A stretch of DNA of 63,966 bases, filler included, from Rhabdomonas costata (Eukaryota): assembly GCA_019059605.1 (NCBI GenBank). It is 50 parts of 50 records of this genome, joined end to end, with 100 filler letters (N's around TTAATTAATTAA, not from the genome) between each part and the next. Parts side by side here need not be neighbours in the genome. Positions count along the whole stretch, not along the records: positions 1 to 1,182 come from JAHMHO010024687.1; positions 1,283 to 2,464 come from JAHMHO010024688.1; positions 2,565 to 3,746 come from JAHMHO010024689.1; positions 3,847 to 5,028 come from JAHMHO010024690.1; positions 5,129 to 6,310 come from JAHMHO010024691.1; positions 6,411 to 7,592 come from JAHMHO010024692.1; positions 7,693 to 8,874 come from JAHMHO010024693.1; positions 8,975 to 10,156 come from JAHMHO010024694.1; 42 more parts are not named here. One strand, written 5' to 3'. A program made the position numbers and the translations under genes. Below are positions 1 through 11,881 of this stretch, in pieces. Within the stretch, counting starts at the first letter, position 1, and each line of letters begins with the position of its first letter. The notes beneath the pieces were generated by a model. That model saw only the letters and a program-made list of their open reading frames with translations. It had not been told where the DNA came from and did no database searches.

Positions 1-309
1 GGTGAGTAGGGGTCAGAAAGTGAACCACAGCGAACCTGCGGGTTTCGTTTCTTGAGTGAGGGCGTCATTTCGACAGCCGCTCTGGGAATGTTTTCGGGTC
101 TTATTTTGGCATCGTGAGCGTTCCATGTGCCACTGGGATCAAGGGGGGGATGCCGAGACTGTTGTGTGGTGAACTGCCCTACTGGGCTGGGTCGTCATCG
201 GAGGTTAGGCTCCGCTTGGGTGCTCCGGTAACTAGCGGCACTCAAACGAGAGAGATGTCCACCTCCTGGGAAGCGAGCACCCATGTTTGAGGGTTTTCTT
301 TTCTTCCCT

Positions 310-1068
310 TCAAGATTTCGGGTTGCCATGGCTTTCAGCCTTTCCTCTTTCTCCCCTTCTTGTCTCATTGACACTTGGAAAGGTAGGGAAAAAGGGAGAA
401 AGGGAGGCAGGGGAGAGGGGAAGCAAAAGCCAGAAGTGGGTGAGCCCATTCATGGCAAAAAAAGTGGCGGCACCTCGGGGACGCCCTGCATCACTCAGGA
501 GTGGCACCGAGTTCCCCAGGGCGGCCGCTGGGCTTCGAAGCGCGGGACTGTCGCCCTCGAAACATGGCGGCACCGGAGATATCAAAGCCTCCAGCGGGGT
601 CCAGGGATACCCATCCCTCACCGTTGACATCGGGGAAAGGCAAAGGCTCTCTGTAGCAGAGCAGCAGCTTCTCTGCCGCTCGGCAAGCGCGACAGAAGCA
701 CCGCAAGTCTCAGGCCAAATCCCAGAGGGGTGGGCGCCGCCGCTGCAGTCTATGGAGTCCCGGGTCATTTCCAGCAGCTTGTGGGTCAGTGCGGTGACCC
801 TGGACTCCAGCTGGGCCTCCTTCTCTCGAAGAGCCTGCAGCTCGTCTTCCTTGAGCCGGAGGGACGCTCGGTGCAACTCCGTGATGGAGGTCAGTCGGCC
901 CCGCAGGGTTTCAACCTCTTTTGTGAGGGATATGCTCCGTTCTTGGGCGGCCTGGAGAGCTCGGTCCTTGTCTTGAGCTTGCTCATTCAAGGCCCTGAGT
1001 TGCAGTTCCAAGCTCCGGGCTTTTTCTTCGGCGGCAACCGCGCGGGCGACCTCAAGGTTGACCTTTGC
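310..1068 (-). CDS. Exon of a coiled-coil protein of unknown family (3' boundary uncertain)
   Basis: A TAG acceptor at 1069-1071 is followed by a heptad-like E/K/R/L/Q-rich frame (AKVNLEVARAVAAEEKARSLELQLRALNEQAQDKDRALQAAQER...). The ORF track extends to 310, but the exon probably ends earlier. Confidence 0.55.
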   Translation of the reverse strand, partial: AKVNLEVARAVAAEEKARSLELQLRALNEQAQDKDRALQAAQERSISLTKEVETLRGRLTSITELHRASLRLKEDELQALREKEAQLESRVTALTHKLLEMTRDSIDCSGGAHPSGIWPETCGASVALAERQRSCCSATESLCLSPMSTVRDGYPWTPLEALISPVPPCFEGDSPALRSPAAALGNSVPLLSDAGRPRGAATFFAMNGLTHFWLLLPLSPASLSPFFPTFPSVNETRRGERGKAESHGNPKS

Positions 1069-1182
1069 CTATGATGAATGTATGTTCGCTATCCTTGCAA
1101 CCCCAAACGTATGCATCCAAAAGGCCACAAACAGATCAGCACACCAGAGGGGAGGGGGGCAGAGGCAGAATCACCACCCCAC

Positions 1183-1282
1183 NNNNNNNNNNNNNNNNNN
1201 NNNNNNNNNNNNNNNNNNNNNNNNNNTTAATTAATTAANNNNNNNNNNNNNNNNNNNNNNNNNNNNNNNNNNNNNNNNNNNN
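1183..1282. other. Artificial contig-joining spacer N44-TTAATTAATTAA-N44 (first of about 49, recurring every ~1.28 kb)
   Basis: An identical 100-nt block recurs throughout. TTAATTAATTAA gives stops in all six frames, and contig lengths are near-identical (about 1,173-1,182 nt). Confidence 0.99.
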
Positions 1283-1438
1283 GGGTTGGTTGGTCAGGCT
1301 TAGCTGCATCCTTCGGTTCCAAAACCAAAGAGAGAGAGAGAGAGGCAAAGGCATGGACATGCAACGCTTCATCAAAGTGGCCTTGAAAACTGAAGCAGAG
1401 CAAAACTAACAAAGGAAAGGAAAGAGCAAGGCACGCAC

Positions 1439-1636
1439 CTGAAGCTTCGCTGCGAATTGCACCGCCTGAGGGGGGCGCTCAAAGCCCACAACGTGGCCTA
1501 GCCCGGCAGCAGTGCGGAGAGAGGACTCGTGGCCCCCCAGCTCCCCAGCTAGCGCCCTCACGGCGGAGGCGAACGTTGCCGCGGCCTGCGCCATCTCCGC
1601 TCCGAAGCTCCGCCACAGCGGAATTGTTTCAGTGAG
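1439..1636 (-). CDS. Exon encoding a degenerate class III adenylyl/guanylyl cyclase-like segment
   Basis: 198-nt phase-0 exon (CAG| ... |GTGCGT). LW...EMAQA...VRALAGELGGHE...VVGFERPPQAVQFAAKLQ resembles the LW..M..A...R......YEVKT.GD.FM.A...P..AV..A..LQ pattern of receptor-type cyclases, but the GD motif is missing. Confidence 0.45.
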
Positions 1637-4465
1637 CTGAAGTGTGCATACCGCACAAGGAAGAAACATCCAAAAAGTTCTGGTTCAGACTAGAGCTCGA
1701 CGGCAATTGTAATTGCAGTCACCATCCACTCCTTGATCCACTCCTTGGGCTTTTGGCGGATGCGATAAGGCTCAGTCTTACCATTTCAATCGTTAAATTC
1801 CTGGAACAAGGGGAAGGCGGTGGAGCGTAGCCAGGTCAAAAGTGAGAAGCGAAAATCTACAACTAATGTCACACAGGCAAAGACATCGGTAAAACATCAG
1901 AAACATCGGATACCCCAGAAAGGTAAACTAAATTTAGGAATTCCAATGCACAAGAAGCAACTACGCTTTTATGGTTTACCAAACGCCCTGTAAGTCTAAA
2001 TGGTCCTTTTGGCTCCACTTTTCAGACTCTCCCATTTAAAGTGGCACAGACAATATGTAACTATGATCAATCGTAAAGCAGCCGAGCCCGTCAAACGCAG
2101 TGGAACCCGCCCAATGGACGCTATCTGCACTCAAAAAAAAACGGCGATGATCGCGACGCTTGTCATATACCTAAGTCACACAAAAAAGGTGGAAAGGGTT
2201 CAAATTTGTTTGGTTTCGCCAGATAAACCCATTCAAACCGATTATAATTCCGACAGAATTTACTGGAAGAAACCCGGATATATGCAGACGTGCAAGCGAA
2301 CCTCGGCGAGCACCAGCGTGACCTCGGAACGGGGTAAGCGGCGGGCGACCACTCCACCGGCCAGGGGAGATTCGTAGAGCGCATTCCGAAGCATCTGATG
2401 AGCAAAAGCGCCAAAGAGAGAAATACGCCCGCAGAAAGGCCAAACAGTACCGGTGACATAAATANNNNNNNNNNNNNNNNNNNNNNNNNNNNNNNNNNNN
2501 NNNNNNNNTTAATTAATTAANNNNNNNNNNNNNNNNNNNNNNNNNNNNNNNNNNNNNNNNNNNNTTGCCAGTATTTGAGAGGAAACGCGAAGCGGGCAGG
2601 AAACGAAAACACTGACATTGATTTCTCGTCAATTTTACCGAGATTGCCGAAAGCCGTCGAGCGTGTACCACGATACGCGTGCCGCAACCACCTGACTTTC
2701 TCTCCACAACACACCGTCCACATGGGACCCATAGCCTCGCGGGAAACAGCCAGCGCAACCACCACCTGATTTCCCGGTACTCCAAAGAGAACCGAACAGA
2801 CTCCTAACCAACCAATATATCAAAGGTGGGTAGTGGGTAGGGTTTGAGATTGCAGTCAACTGAGCGGTGGTTGTGGAAAGTCAGAAAGTCAGAAAGTGGA
2901 CCTTTGTTCTTTTCTTCATGTTTCACTTCTGTCGCTTGAGTTGAATTGCATTTTCTTGTGATTACAAAAAATGGAAGGTGTTGAGAATAGTGAAGCCATC
3001 GAAGATTTGATGGACGATGAGTCCAGCTCGGTGTGTCGTCCGCTGGCCCGATTTTGTTTTGGTCCAGGGGGAGGGGGGTAAACGGAATAACGTTGTACCA
3101 CTCTGTTACAGCATTGGACATAAATGGATTGGGGCACCTAAGGCGCTCCAAAGGTGACACATGAGGGTGATTTTCTGGTGGCTGAGCCTACCAGCATGGT
3201 TTTGAACCCTATCCTTTAACGTGGTTAAATTGTCTAACCCCCACCCCCACCCCAAAATCCTAGCAAAATCTGGCTGATGTGAACTATTCTTGGTGTGTTG
3301 TCCAGTTTGCGGCCCGAGCCCCGGGAAGTGTCCACGGCCTCTTTTTGCAGAGTTTTGTTGTGCTGGTGGGGAGATGATTCAGTGGGCGGAACCTTCTGTG
3401 GTTGGAAAAGCACGCTCTCAGCATTTCCTCTGACCTATAATACGATCGCCGCCCCGAGCCCGTTTCCATGGGCGCAGCCCAATTACCCAGCACTGCTGGA
3501 ACAACCGGGAGCAACGTTTTCGTATCATCTAAGCTTTTTTTTGACTTATTTACAGTGCTCATCGGCGAAACGGAAGAACCCATCTGCAAGTTCTTGATAA
3601 GAACGCAGGACCGGGGCACGTTTTGTGGCAATCTGTTGCTCGACTGCCTATCTACTTTCTCCGGCAAAACACTTTACAGGAGAACGATGGTGTCGCGCAC
3701 GACGAGCCTTCGCCGTACGAGGTTTTGTGAATAAGTCAAAAAAACANNNNNNNNNNNNNNNNNNNNNNNNNNNNNNNNNNNNNNNNNNNNTTAATTAATT
3801 AANNNNNNNNNNNNNNNNNNNNNNNNNNNNNNNNNNNNNNNNNNNNGTGTGGGTTGCCTACACGGCAAACCAGTGGGCAACTCGGACATACAAGCCGTAG
3901 GCGTCGACTCTGCAATGCTTTACAAATCAAGGAGGAATTTTGGGAAGAAAAAGTAAAGAATTCACTAGCTGGTCGAAAGGTGCTATGAGAGGGTTTCTAT
4001 TCCAGTGTCTTCAGCCAGCTTGTTTCTGAAGGAAGGAACCTTTAATGGTTCAGATACTGTGATTGTGCCAGCTATCAACATCCTACCAGTGCCCACATAA
4101 GTGGAGTAAATACTGAATGACACAGATGCCAATGATGCGGCATAAATGGATAAAAATGGATAAATGTATTGTCGTTCGGTAGGCCTTAGCACCTTAACCC
4201 TATGGGACGTCCGACTGTGGGAAAACCTTGCCACTGGGTTCTAGCAAATCTGGGTTTTAGCAAATCATGAAGAAAAGCACTGCATTGTCAGCCCACAGGA
4301 CCGAAAAGAAAGGGGTGGCGAGAGAAGTATGTATCAGCGACGTGCGTGTGTCAAACGGGAAGACAGTGGTACAGTGACCCAACGGCTAGGCCGGGGAAGA
4401 TGCAACGGGGTTCACCCCCCGCGCTCTCGCTCTCTCTCTCCTTATCTGTTCCTTCCATGGGACCC

Positions 4466-5014
4466 TTAGTCCAGCTTTCCCTTGCAGCCCAGGTCCACGA
4501 AGGCCTCGATGACTCGGGCAATCAGCGTCTCCTCGGCCTTGCGCAGCCACACTCGGGGGTCGTAGAACTTCTTGTTGGGCTGCGCAACAGTCCCACGCAG
4601 ATCCCATGCGATGTGTGTGTGTGTGTGTGTGTGTGCTGCTGGCTACGCATACAGCTTCATCCATCTCCATCACTTTGCAAGATCCTCGCTCCTCTCTTTT
4701 GGGCGAAAGTTCTGGACTCGCCTCCTCGGCTCCGCTGCGAGTCCACTCTCTTCACTAGTGGGTGCTCAAGTGGGCGTGAAAGTGAATGCACCCGTGGGCT
4801 TGCTGGGCGCACAGTTCAGAAAAGACTGGGGGAACAATGCCAACCAGTGCCAACACGCAAAGGAGAAAACAAAGGCAAAAAAAAATGAAAAGCCCCAAAG
4901 TTTGGGTCTATGCTTGGAAGATGCTCGTTGCCTCAACCCCGATTGAGAGACATGCACGCGTATGTGCAAACATCCGTGTGTATGTGTGCGTGCCTTGGTG
5001 GGGCCCTCGGGGTT
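4466..5014 (-). CDS. fbaA: Class II (IIA) fructose-bisphosphate aldolase, last two exons (~4994-5014 and 4466-4579), joined by a GC-AG intron at 4580-4993
   Basis: The spliced translation NPEGPTK|PNKKFYDPRVWLRKAEETLIARVIEAFVDLGCKGKLD* matches the FbaA C-terminal GNPxGxxxPNKKYYDPRVWLR motif. It is not in the ORF track. Confidence 0.92.
4612..4635. repeat. (GT)n microsatellite in the aldolase intron
   Basis: About 12 TG/GT units read directly. Confidence 0.95.
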
Positions 5015-5672
5015 GAGGCAACCCACCCNNNNNNNNNNNNNNNNNNNNNNNNNNNNNNNNNNNNNNNNNNNNTTAATTAATTAANNNNNNNNNNNNNNNN
5101 NNNNNNNNNNNNNNNNNNNNNNNNNNNNCATGGGAGGGCTGGAGGATGTTTTTTGGTGATTAATGCCAGACTGGAAAAGGACGGGAAACATCAGTTTAAC
5201 GGTTAAGGCTCAGTGGGGTAGTTAACTATTCCTTCACCCGCGAAAGGGTGTGGCAGTCTGTGAGGCCCTCGCTCCAGATGAAGGGCTTCGGTTTGTCGGC
5301 GGTAAAGATATGCTGAAGCAGGGGAGGACACCGTGCACATCCGGAGGTGGGGAGATGAGAGCAACTTATGGACACAGAGAGCTTCCTTCCATGCATACAG
5401 ATCTTTTCTGTCTGCAGATCCCGAATAGGTGCACAATCACATCGTTGCACAACATATCAATTATATGCGAAAATGATGATGTACATCTAACATTGATCAG
5501 GATTCCATCGTTTTTGTTTCCGCACGTGCTCCGCTCCTGCTGGGCCTAGTGCTACACTTATTTGCAAGAATTTGCCATTTTCCATTTGCTCGAAGCCAAA
5601 CGGTGACCAGATGAGAGAAACCGTTCCATCACCTGTGCATGTATGGTTGGGACTGCCCTTTGGCCTCTCTTA

Positions 5673-5976
5673 GGTGCCGCGGCTTCAGAACATTTCCTTC
5701 CTGCTGCTGCAAACGGGCAAGCTGGCCAGCCCAGCTAGCCGCCCGCTGTACCTCACCGACCCCGACAACAGCGAGCATGCCTCGGGGATCGACGAGGAGC
5801 TGCCCATCCTGCACCGCTCGTTCTGTGGCAACCCGGCGGCACAGTTATTCTTCCGGCTGCTCGGGATTGCCGCGGCCCACCCACAAACGATCATCCTCCA
5901 GCACATCCTCCCCCGGGTCCGGGGGATGCCTACGGACAGGTTGATCTCGGTAACCCGGTACATCAAGGATCATGAG
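5673..5976 (+). CDS. Probable exon of an unidentified protein (weakly reminiscent of sacsin/NO VEIN-like repeats)
   Basis: GC-rich open frame bounded by TAG| and |GTGTGA: ...LYLTDPD...LPILHRSF...FFRLLGI....QTIILQHILP.... The family assignment is weak. Confidence 0.35.
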
Positions 5977-7886
5977 GTGTGACCCATGTTTTGAGCAACG
6001 ACCACCGGTGTCTTTTTTATGTTCGTGTCTGTGAACATGGATCGCCAGGGGATGGCCAACTACTATCATCAATGACTGACGCAGCGGGGTACACGGGATA
6101 GAGAAGAGGATAACGTCCCTCGATAGGTGCATCGGGAGCTCAGGATAAAGGAATATGTTTGAAATATGTTTAGAAATATGCTCGAAATTTGTGCGCCTTC
6201 TTTGCTTTTTGCGGCTTGCCCGATGCAAAATCTGAAGGTGAACTATTTTCCCCTGTTCGTTCGGCGCACAGCGTCACTTGCTGTTCCCCCGGTTCCCTGC
6301 ACCGACTGCANNNNNNNNNNNNNNNNNNNNNNNNNNNNNNNNNNNNNNNNNNNNTTAATTAATTAANNNNNNNNNNNNNNNNNNNNNNNNNNNNNNNNNN
6401 NNNNNNNNNNGGGTGGGGGGCAAGCCCCCCCGCACCCCTTCCCCCATTGAGGGCTCCCCGTGCCCAGTGCCGGGCTCTGGGCCCCCGGGGGGGCCCCCTG
6501 CAGAACAACAGCCCTCCGGTGCAGCTTCCGGGGTGGTGGCCGCTGACGGAGTGGTGCACCCCCACCACCCCACAACGGCCCAGCTCCTGCGGTGTGGGGT
6601 CGTGCGGGAGCTGCTGTTCGCAGACCTTCTGCGAGCTCAGGACGACGAGGGGGAGTGGAAGTGTTCTGACATCCCCTTGCTTTGAGAGGGCCGGATGGAG
6701 GATGGGGGCAGACACGTGTCTGACCATGCCTGACCGCAGTGGGGAAGCCCACCATCCCTTGCCCCTCCTCTTCTCCCTTGCACTCCTGTGGATGTCTTTT
6801 TTGACATCAGGGTTGTTTCGTTCTGCACCCTGCAACCGCTCTTGTACCCCGCTCCCCTTTCTTCAGATGTGCTTTTCACGTGGCCTCACGCAACGGATTC
6901 CCGTAGGGTGGAGCGAGGGCGAGTGCAAGAGGGCTGTTCTGAGTTCTCTTCTTGCATTCCCTGTGTCTGCGTGCAGTCGGCGTCTGGAGAGCCAGAAAGC
7001 CCGTAGGGCTGTGCAGTCGGGGTGGGTGTGGGAGTTGAGATTCCATTTGGTTGGTCCCTGCTTGGAAGGCGTTTGCGTTTGCTGCGTATGGAGAAGGGAA
7101 GAACGAGGAGATCCGTGCACACCATGTGGTTACAGTGGAGTGTATTGCGGAGGGTGCCACTTGTGGACCCCCTCACGCTCTTTGCCCGTGTTTTCGTGCT
7201 GTGCGTTGTCACGCTGAGCACCACCTTCGAAGCGGGAGGAGCATAATACCTCTGCAACTCGGAAAAAAGCCACCGAGATTCCTCGGGGTCTGGAAAAGCG
7301 TCTTTTGAAGGATTGTCCCCTTGTCCGAAGAGTCAGTTGCGTTGGCCGAAAAAAAAAAGTGTTTTCCAAATTGTCAACTTGGAGGCCTCCACGGAGCCGT
7401 CATTGCTCCGCTGCGGAAACGGTGAATTGCTCAGACGAAAAGTATTTGCTTCATTGGCCTCCTCCAACTCTGCCCTTCCAGATTGCCGGAGATGCACAAG
7501 TCCGATTCTTGGTAGCTTTCTTGGCCCAGCCCAGACTTATTTCAGGGAAGTTCAATGTATACCAAATTCCGGAAGAAAGTTTCCCCAACACCNNNNNNNN
7601 NNNNNNNNNNNNNNNNNNNNNNNNNNNNNNNNNNNNTTAATTAATTAANNNNNNNNNNNNNNNNNNNNNNNNNNNNNNNNNNNNNNNNNNNNCGCCGCAC
7701 GACAGAAATGCTGCAGCGGCTTGTCGATCACATGAACAGAGAGAGATCGAGATAGCTTTGACAAAAAAAGAAAAGGAAATATTAGATTGAGCGGGGCATA
7801 GCTCGGGAACATAAATCACGACCGTAGACCACGAGAGCCATATGGCCCTTTCTACCATTATTCACTAAAAACGTTTTTCACATCCC

Positions 7887-8874
7887 ATGAACCCATGGAA
7901 AAGGATATTCGCAGGTATGGTCACAGGCATGCTTGCCGGACCATATATTGCTGACCATCCAGACCTGCTTGCTTGCGCACATACCGTAGGAACGGGCTTC
8001 ATGAAAGCACTCAGGATGATGGTGGAACCAATAGTGAAGGGCATAATCACTGCACGAGAAGTCTCCTCCGTGAGCAGGATTGGGCTGAAAATTCTGGTGA
8101 TGCCCATCTTGACTACGGTATTTGCGGTTATGTTTGGCATAGGGATGGGGCTACTCATGAAACCTGGAGAAGGAGTGCAAGGCCTGCCAGGCGCACAACT
8201 TAGCCCCGTTTTCAGAGCATCAAGTACCGGACTGTTTATCCAAGAAATGTTTCTGGACGCTATAACAGGAAATATTGCAGCCGCCTTCGCTGGCGGAAAG
8301 ATTTTGCAAATAGTTTTCTTCTCCGTCTTCTTTGCAGTGGTAGTCACCAGGATGAAGGTAGATTCTGACGCCCCAGAAAAAACCATCTCGTTCCTGTCTG
8401 CTACAGTTTTCGAGATGATTGCGATCATAACTAGCTTCGCGCCATACGGCGTATTCGCACCGATTTCCGAGTGGCAGTACACGGTCTCACAGTGTTCAGG
8501 GGTTTAGCTAGCTTGATTTGGACGCTTGCTGTTGCATATTCACTTCAATACGTAGTGTTTGGGATCCTCATAGCCATATTCTGCCAAGTCTCACCAACAC
8601 CTTTCTACAAAAAGAGCATCCCATACCAACTCCTTGCCCTTTCGATTACAAGTTCAAAGGCGATTTTACCGAGCACCATGAAGGTTTCAAAAGAGGAGCT
8701 CGGGATATCTGAAACAAGCACATCAGTAATGCTTCCGATTTGCGCTGCTATCAACATGAATGGTTCGGCCATAGGGCTTGGACTATCCTCTATCTTTTTT
8801 GCTCAGGCTTACTCCATACCGTTACAACTTAATGATTACGTGGCGATAGTGGCAGCATCGACCATAGGAGCAAT
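7887..8874 (+). pseudogene. gltP: Dicarboxylate/amino acid:cation symporter (GltP/DctA, DAACS family), Rickettsiales-like, frameshifted at ~8470 and truncated by the contig end
   Basis: ORF 7887-8507 (KPGEG, LQIVFFSVFF, APYGVFA) continues in ORF 8471-8874 (QYVVFGILIAIFCQVSPTPFYKKS, TSSKAILP, LGISETSTS, AINMNG, FFAQAY). No introns. Confidence 0.85.
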
Positions 8875-10256
8875 NNNNNNNNNNNNNNNNNNNNNNNNNN
8901 NNNNNNNNNNNNNNNNNNTTAATTAATTAANNNNNNNNNNNNNNNNNNNNNNNNNNNNNNNNNNNNNNNNNNNNGTTTTAAAATGTTGGCTTGGGCTTCC
9001 AGTGAGGATGGCACAACCTAAGCTCATTGCCTCAAGTTGGATATATAAGGGTTAAATTGTAAAAACTGGAAGTGACACCAAAGCATTAAGTGAACGAAGT
9101 GAACGAAGTGTGAGTAAAATAATATATCAGTCACGGGCGAATCTAAAGGATCATCAGCAAGCAGTTTGTTAGTTCGCGTAATGGATATATGCCAGTTGTG
9201 GTGCAATAAATAAGATGTCAACTCTGAACTGTCAACATCATAACCGCGTGCAACAGGCAGTGACGTTAAAAAGGAAGTAAACATCTCGAAGTGCTAGTGC
9301 GCCGCAACATGCGTGGCAAGCTCTGACAGTTACTGTGCTCCTCTGATGTTGGGTGTTGCTCTTATATGCTCATCGATTTTTCTACGGGCACCTGTGTTGA
9401 TGTGAACGGCGCGTCTCATCTAATTAGTGAAGAGAGTGCGAATGCGAGGTTTTTAACAGGAGGTTGTTTCACATGTTACATTCAAAACAAGATGCGCTAG
9501 TTACACGCGGAAACTGGGAGATCAGTATTTTTGCCCCAAACTCCTCCACAGTAAAGCCAGTAGACTTTGATCTTATCAGTCCTGGTTTTGATGTACGTCG
9601 TCAAATAGCTCAAACTCAGGATAAATATACAGCCGCCATCAGTGGCACGTGAAGCAACACAGCTCAGTGTAGTTCAAGAGGTGCACATTTTTGTTTTTGG
9701 GTGCTAAGCAGGTAACTTTGCTTAAAAGTACGCGCGACAACATGCGGCACCTTGCTTCTTCGCTAAGCGGGCTCTTGATCTGTACAGTGACATAGCCGTT
9801 TTAAGCTTTTAATCTTCATCAATGGTTTCTTTACCAACTTTGGCGCCAGCATCATTGCCACAGTGTTTCCGCCGTTAGCCCTGACCCACAGGTCCGGAAA
9901 TATGGTCCAAAGAATGCGTCGGATACAGCCGCAACTGGAGATGACCAAGGAGATTTATAAGGGGTAGGAGTGAGGCCATAATAGCACGTGGTCTCGACTG
10001 GGAGCCTCTGAGTAGAATGGAAACCCCCGGATGGCATCTACAACGAATGGTATGGCGAATTCTCACTGCCCGATGTCAGAACGGATGTTCTTTGCTCTGA
10101 AGGAAATTAATGAGATGCACATAAAGATAGGACATAAGCACGCGGTACGGACACCANNNNNNNNNNNNNNNNNNNNNNNNNNNNNNNNNNNNNNNNNNNN
10201 TTAATTAATTAANNNNNNNNNNNNNNNNNNNNNNNNNNNNNNNNNNNNNNNNNNNN

Positions 10257-10913
<657 letters not shown>

Positions 10914-11574
10914 CTGTGAGGTAAATCGAGTTGGAGGAGTGAAGGGGAGTTATCGAAGTGGGGACACCTTTGAAAGCAACCACACCACAAAGGCGTATCC
11001 AGTTCAGCGAGGGGCAGGAAAAACGGGCGAACGGGATGGTGTGCGATTGTGCAGGCACGCGGCCATCCGTATTTGAGATGTTCTCAATACGGGCGGAAAA
11101 TAAGAATGCAATAAAAAATACGGGTGTCGACCCTGGAACCAGTCTCACTTTCAAACCACCCCGCATTTCTTTGGTCATGCCAGAGGCACAGGTCGCGTGC
11201 ACGGATCGAACCCGCGGTGCTCACAACGCATCTGTGCGAGGCATGCAAAATGTCCTCAGGGGTGTCAAATCATTCGAGCCTTACAACAGAAACAATGGCA
11301 CTGAACAAGACTAGAGCAGAGCACGGTTGAACAAATAAGGGAAAGAACGAATGAGAGAAGAATGGAAGAACGAACGGGGCGACCGAGGAAATCTAAAAAG
11401 GCGAAGCACATCGGGAAATGAAATCGGACAAAAAACACNNNNNNNNNNNNNNNNNNNNNNNNNNNNNNNNNNNNNNNNNNNNTTAATTAATTAANNNNNN
11501 NNNNNNNNNNNNNNNNNNNNNNNNNNNNNNNNNNNNNNGGTTGGGTGGCGATGCACGTTCTCTTCAGATTTGTC

Positions 11575-11881
11575 ATGTTTTCGATTTTTGACTTGCAAGA
11601 TTTGTGCGGTGAGGAAGAGAGGCTGGGAGGGTTCTTGAGAGGTTATGGAGTTGTGCGCGATGTTGACAGCAGTCGCTGTGGGCAACCTTCGGGTTCCAAG
11701 TGGTACGTCGATAGGGGCTCCTCGTACCGCCGTTGCTCCTCTCGTGCGTGCCATGCGAGGGTTTATGCCTGAGCATTTAGAGACAAATGTTAAGGAATTC
11801 CAGTGGCGGCGGAACTTGCCTGCACACTCTGATTCTTTTTTGGCTTTGCTGGATTGCATCAAGGACGGCTGTTTTCAGTGA
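11575..11881 (+). mobile_element. Internally deleted Merlin (IS1595/IS1016-like) transposase relic, copy 1
   Basis: N-terminal frame MFSIFDLQDLCGEEERLGGFLRGYGVV...RCGQP...YRRCSSRAC (Zn-ribbon-like) is fused out of frame to C-terminal HLETNVKEFQWRRN...FLALLDCIKDGCFQ*. Homologous to 40653-40895. Confidence 0.7.

Noticed and set aside
1227..1238. Regularly spaced TTAATTAATTAA palindromes as a CRISPR-like or biological repeat array
   Set aside because: They are always embedded in N44 blocks and form a synthetic six-frame-stop linker between contigs.
4927..5022. 16-bp inverted repeat pairing intron and exon as a splicing structure
   Set aside because: It lies at the contig end and replaces the expected Gly codon before NPEG, consistent with template switching.
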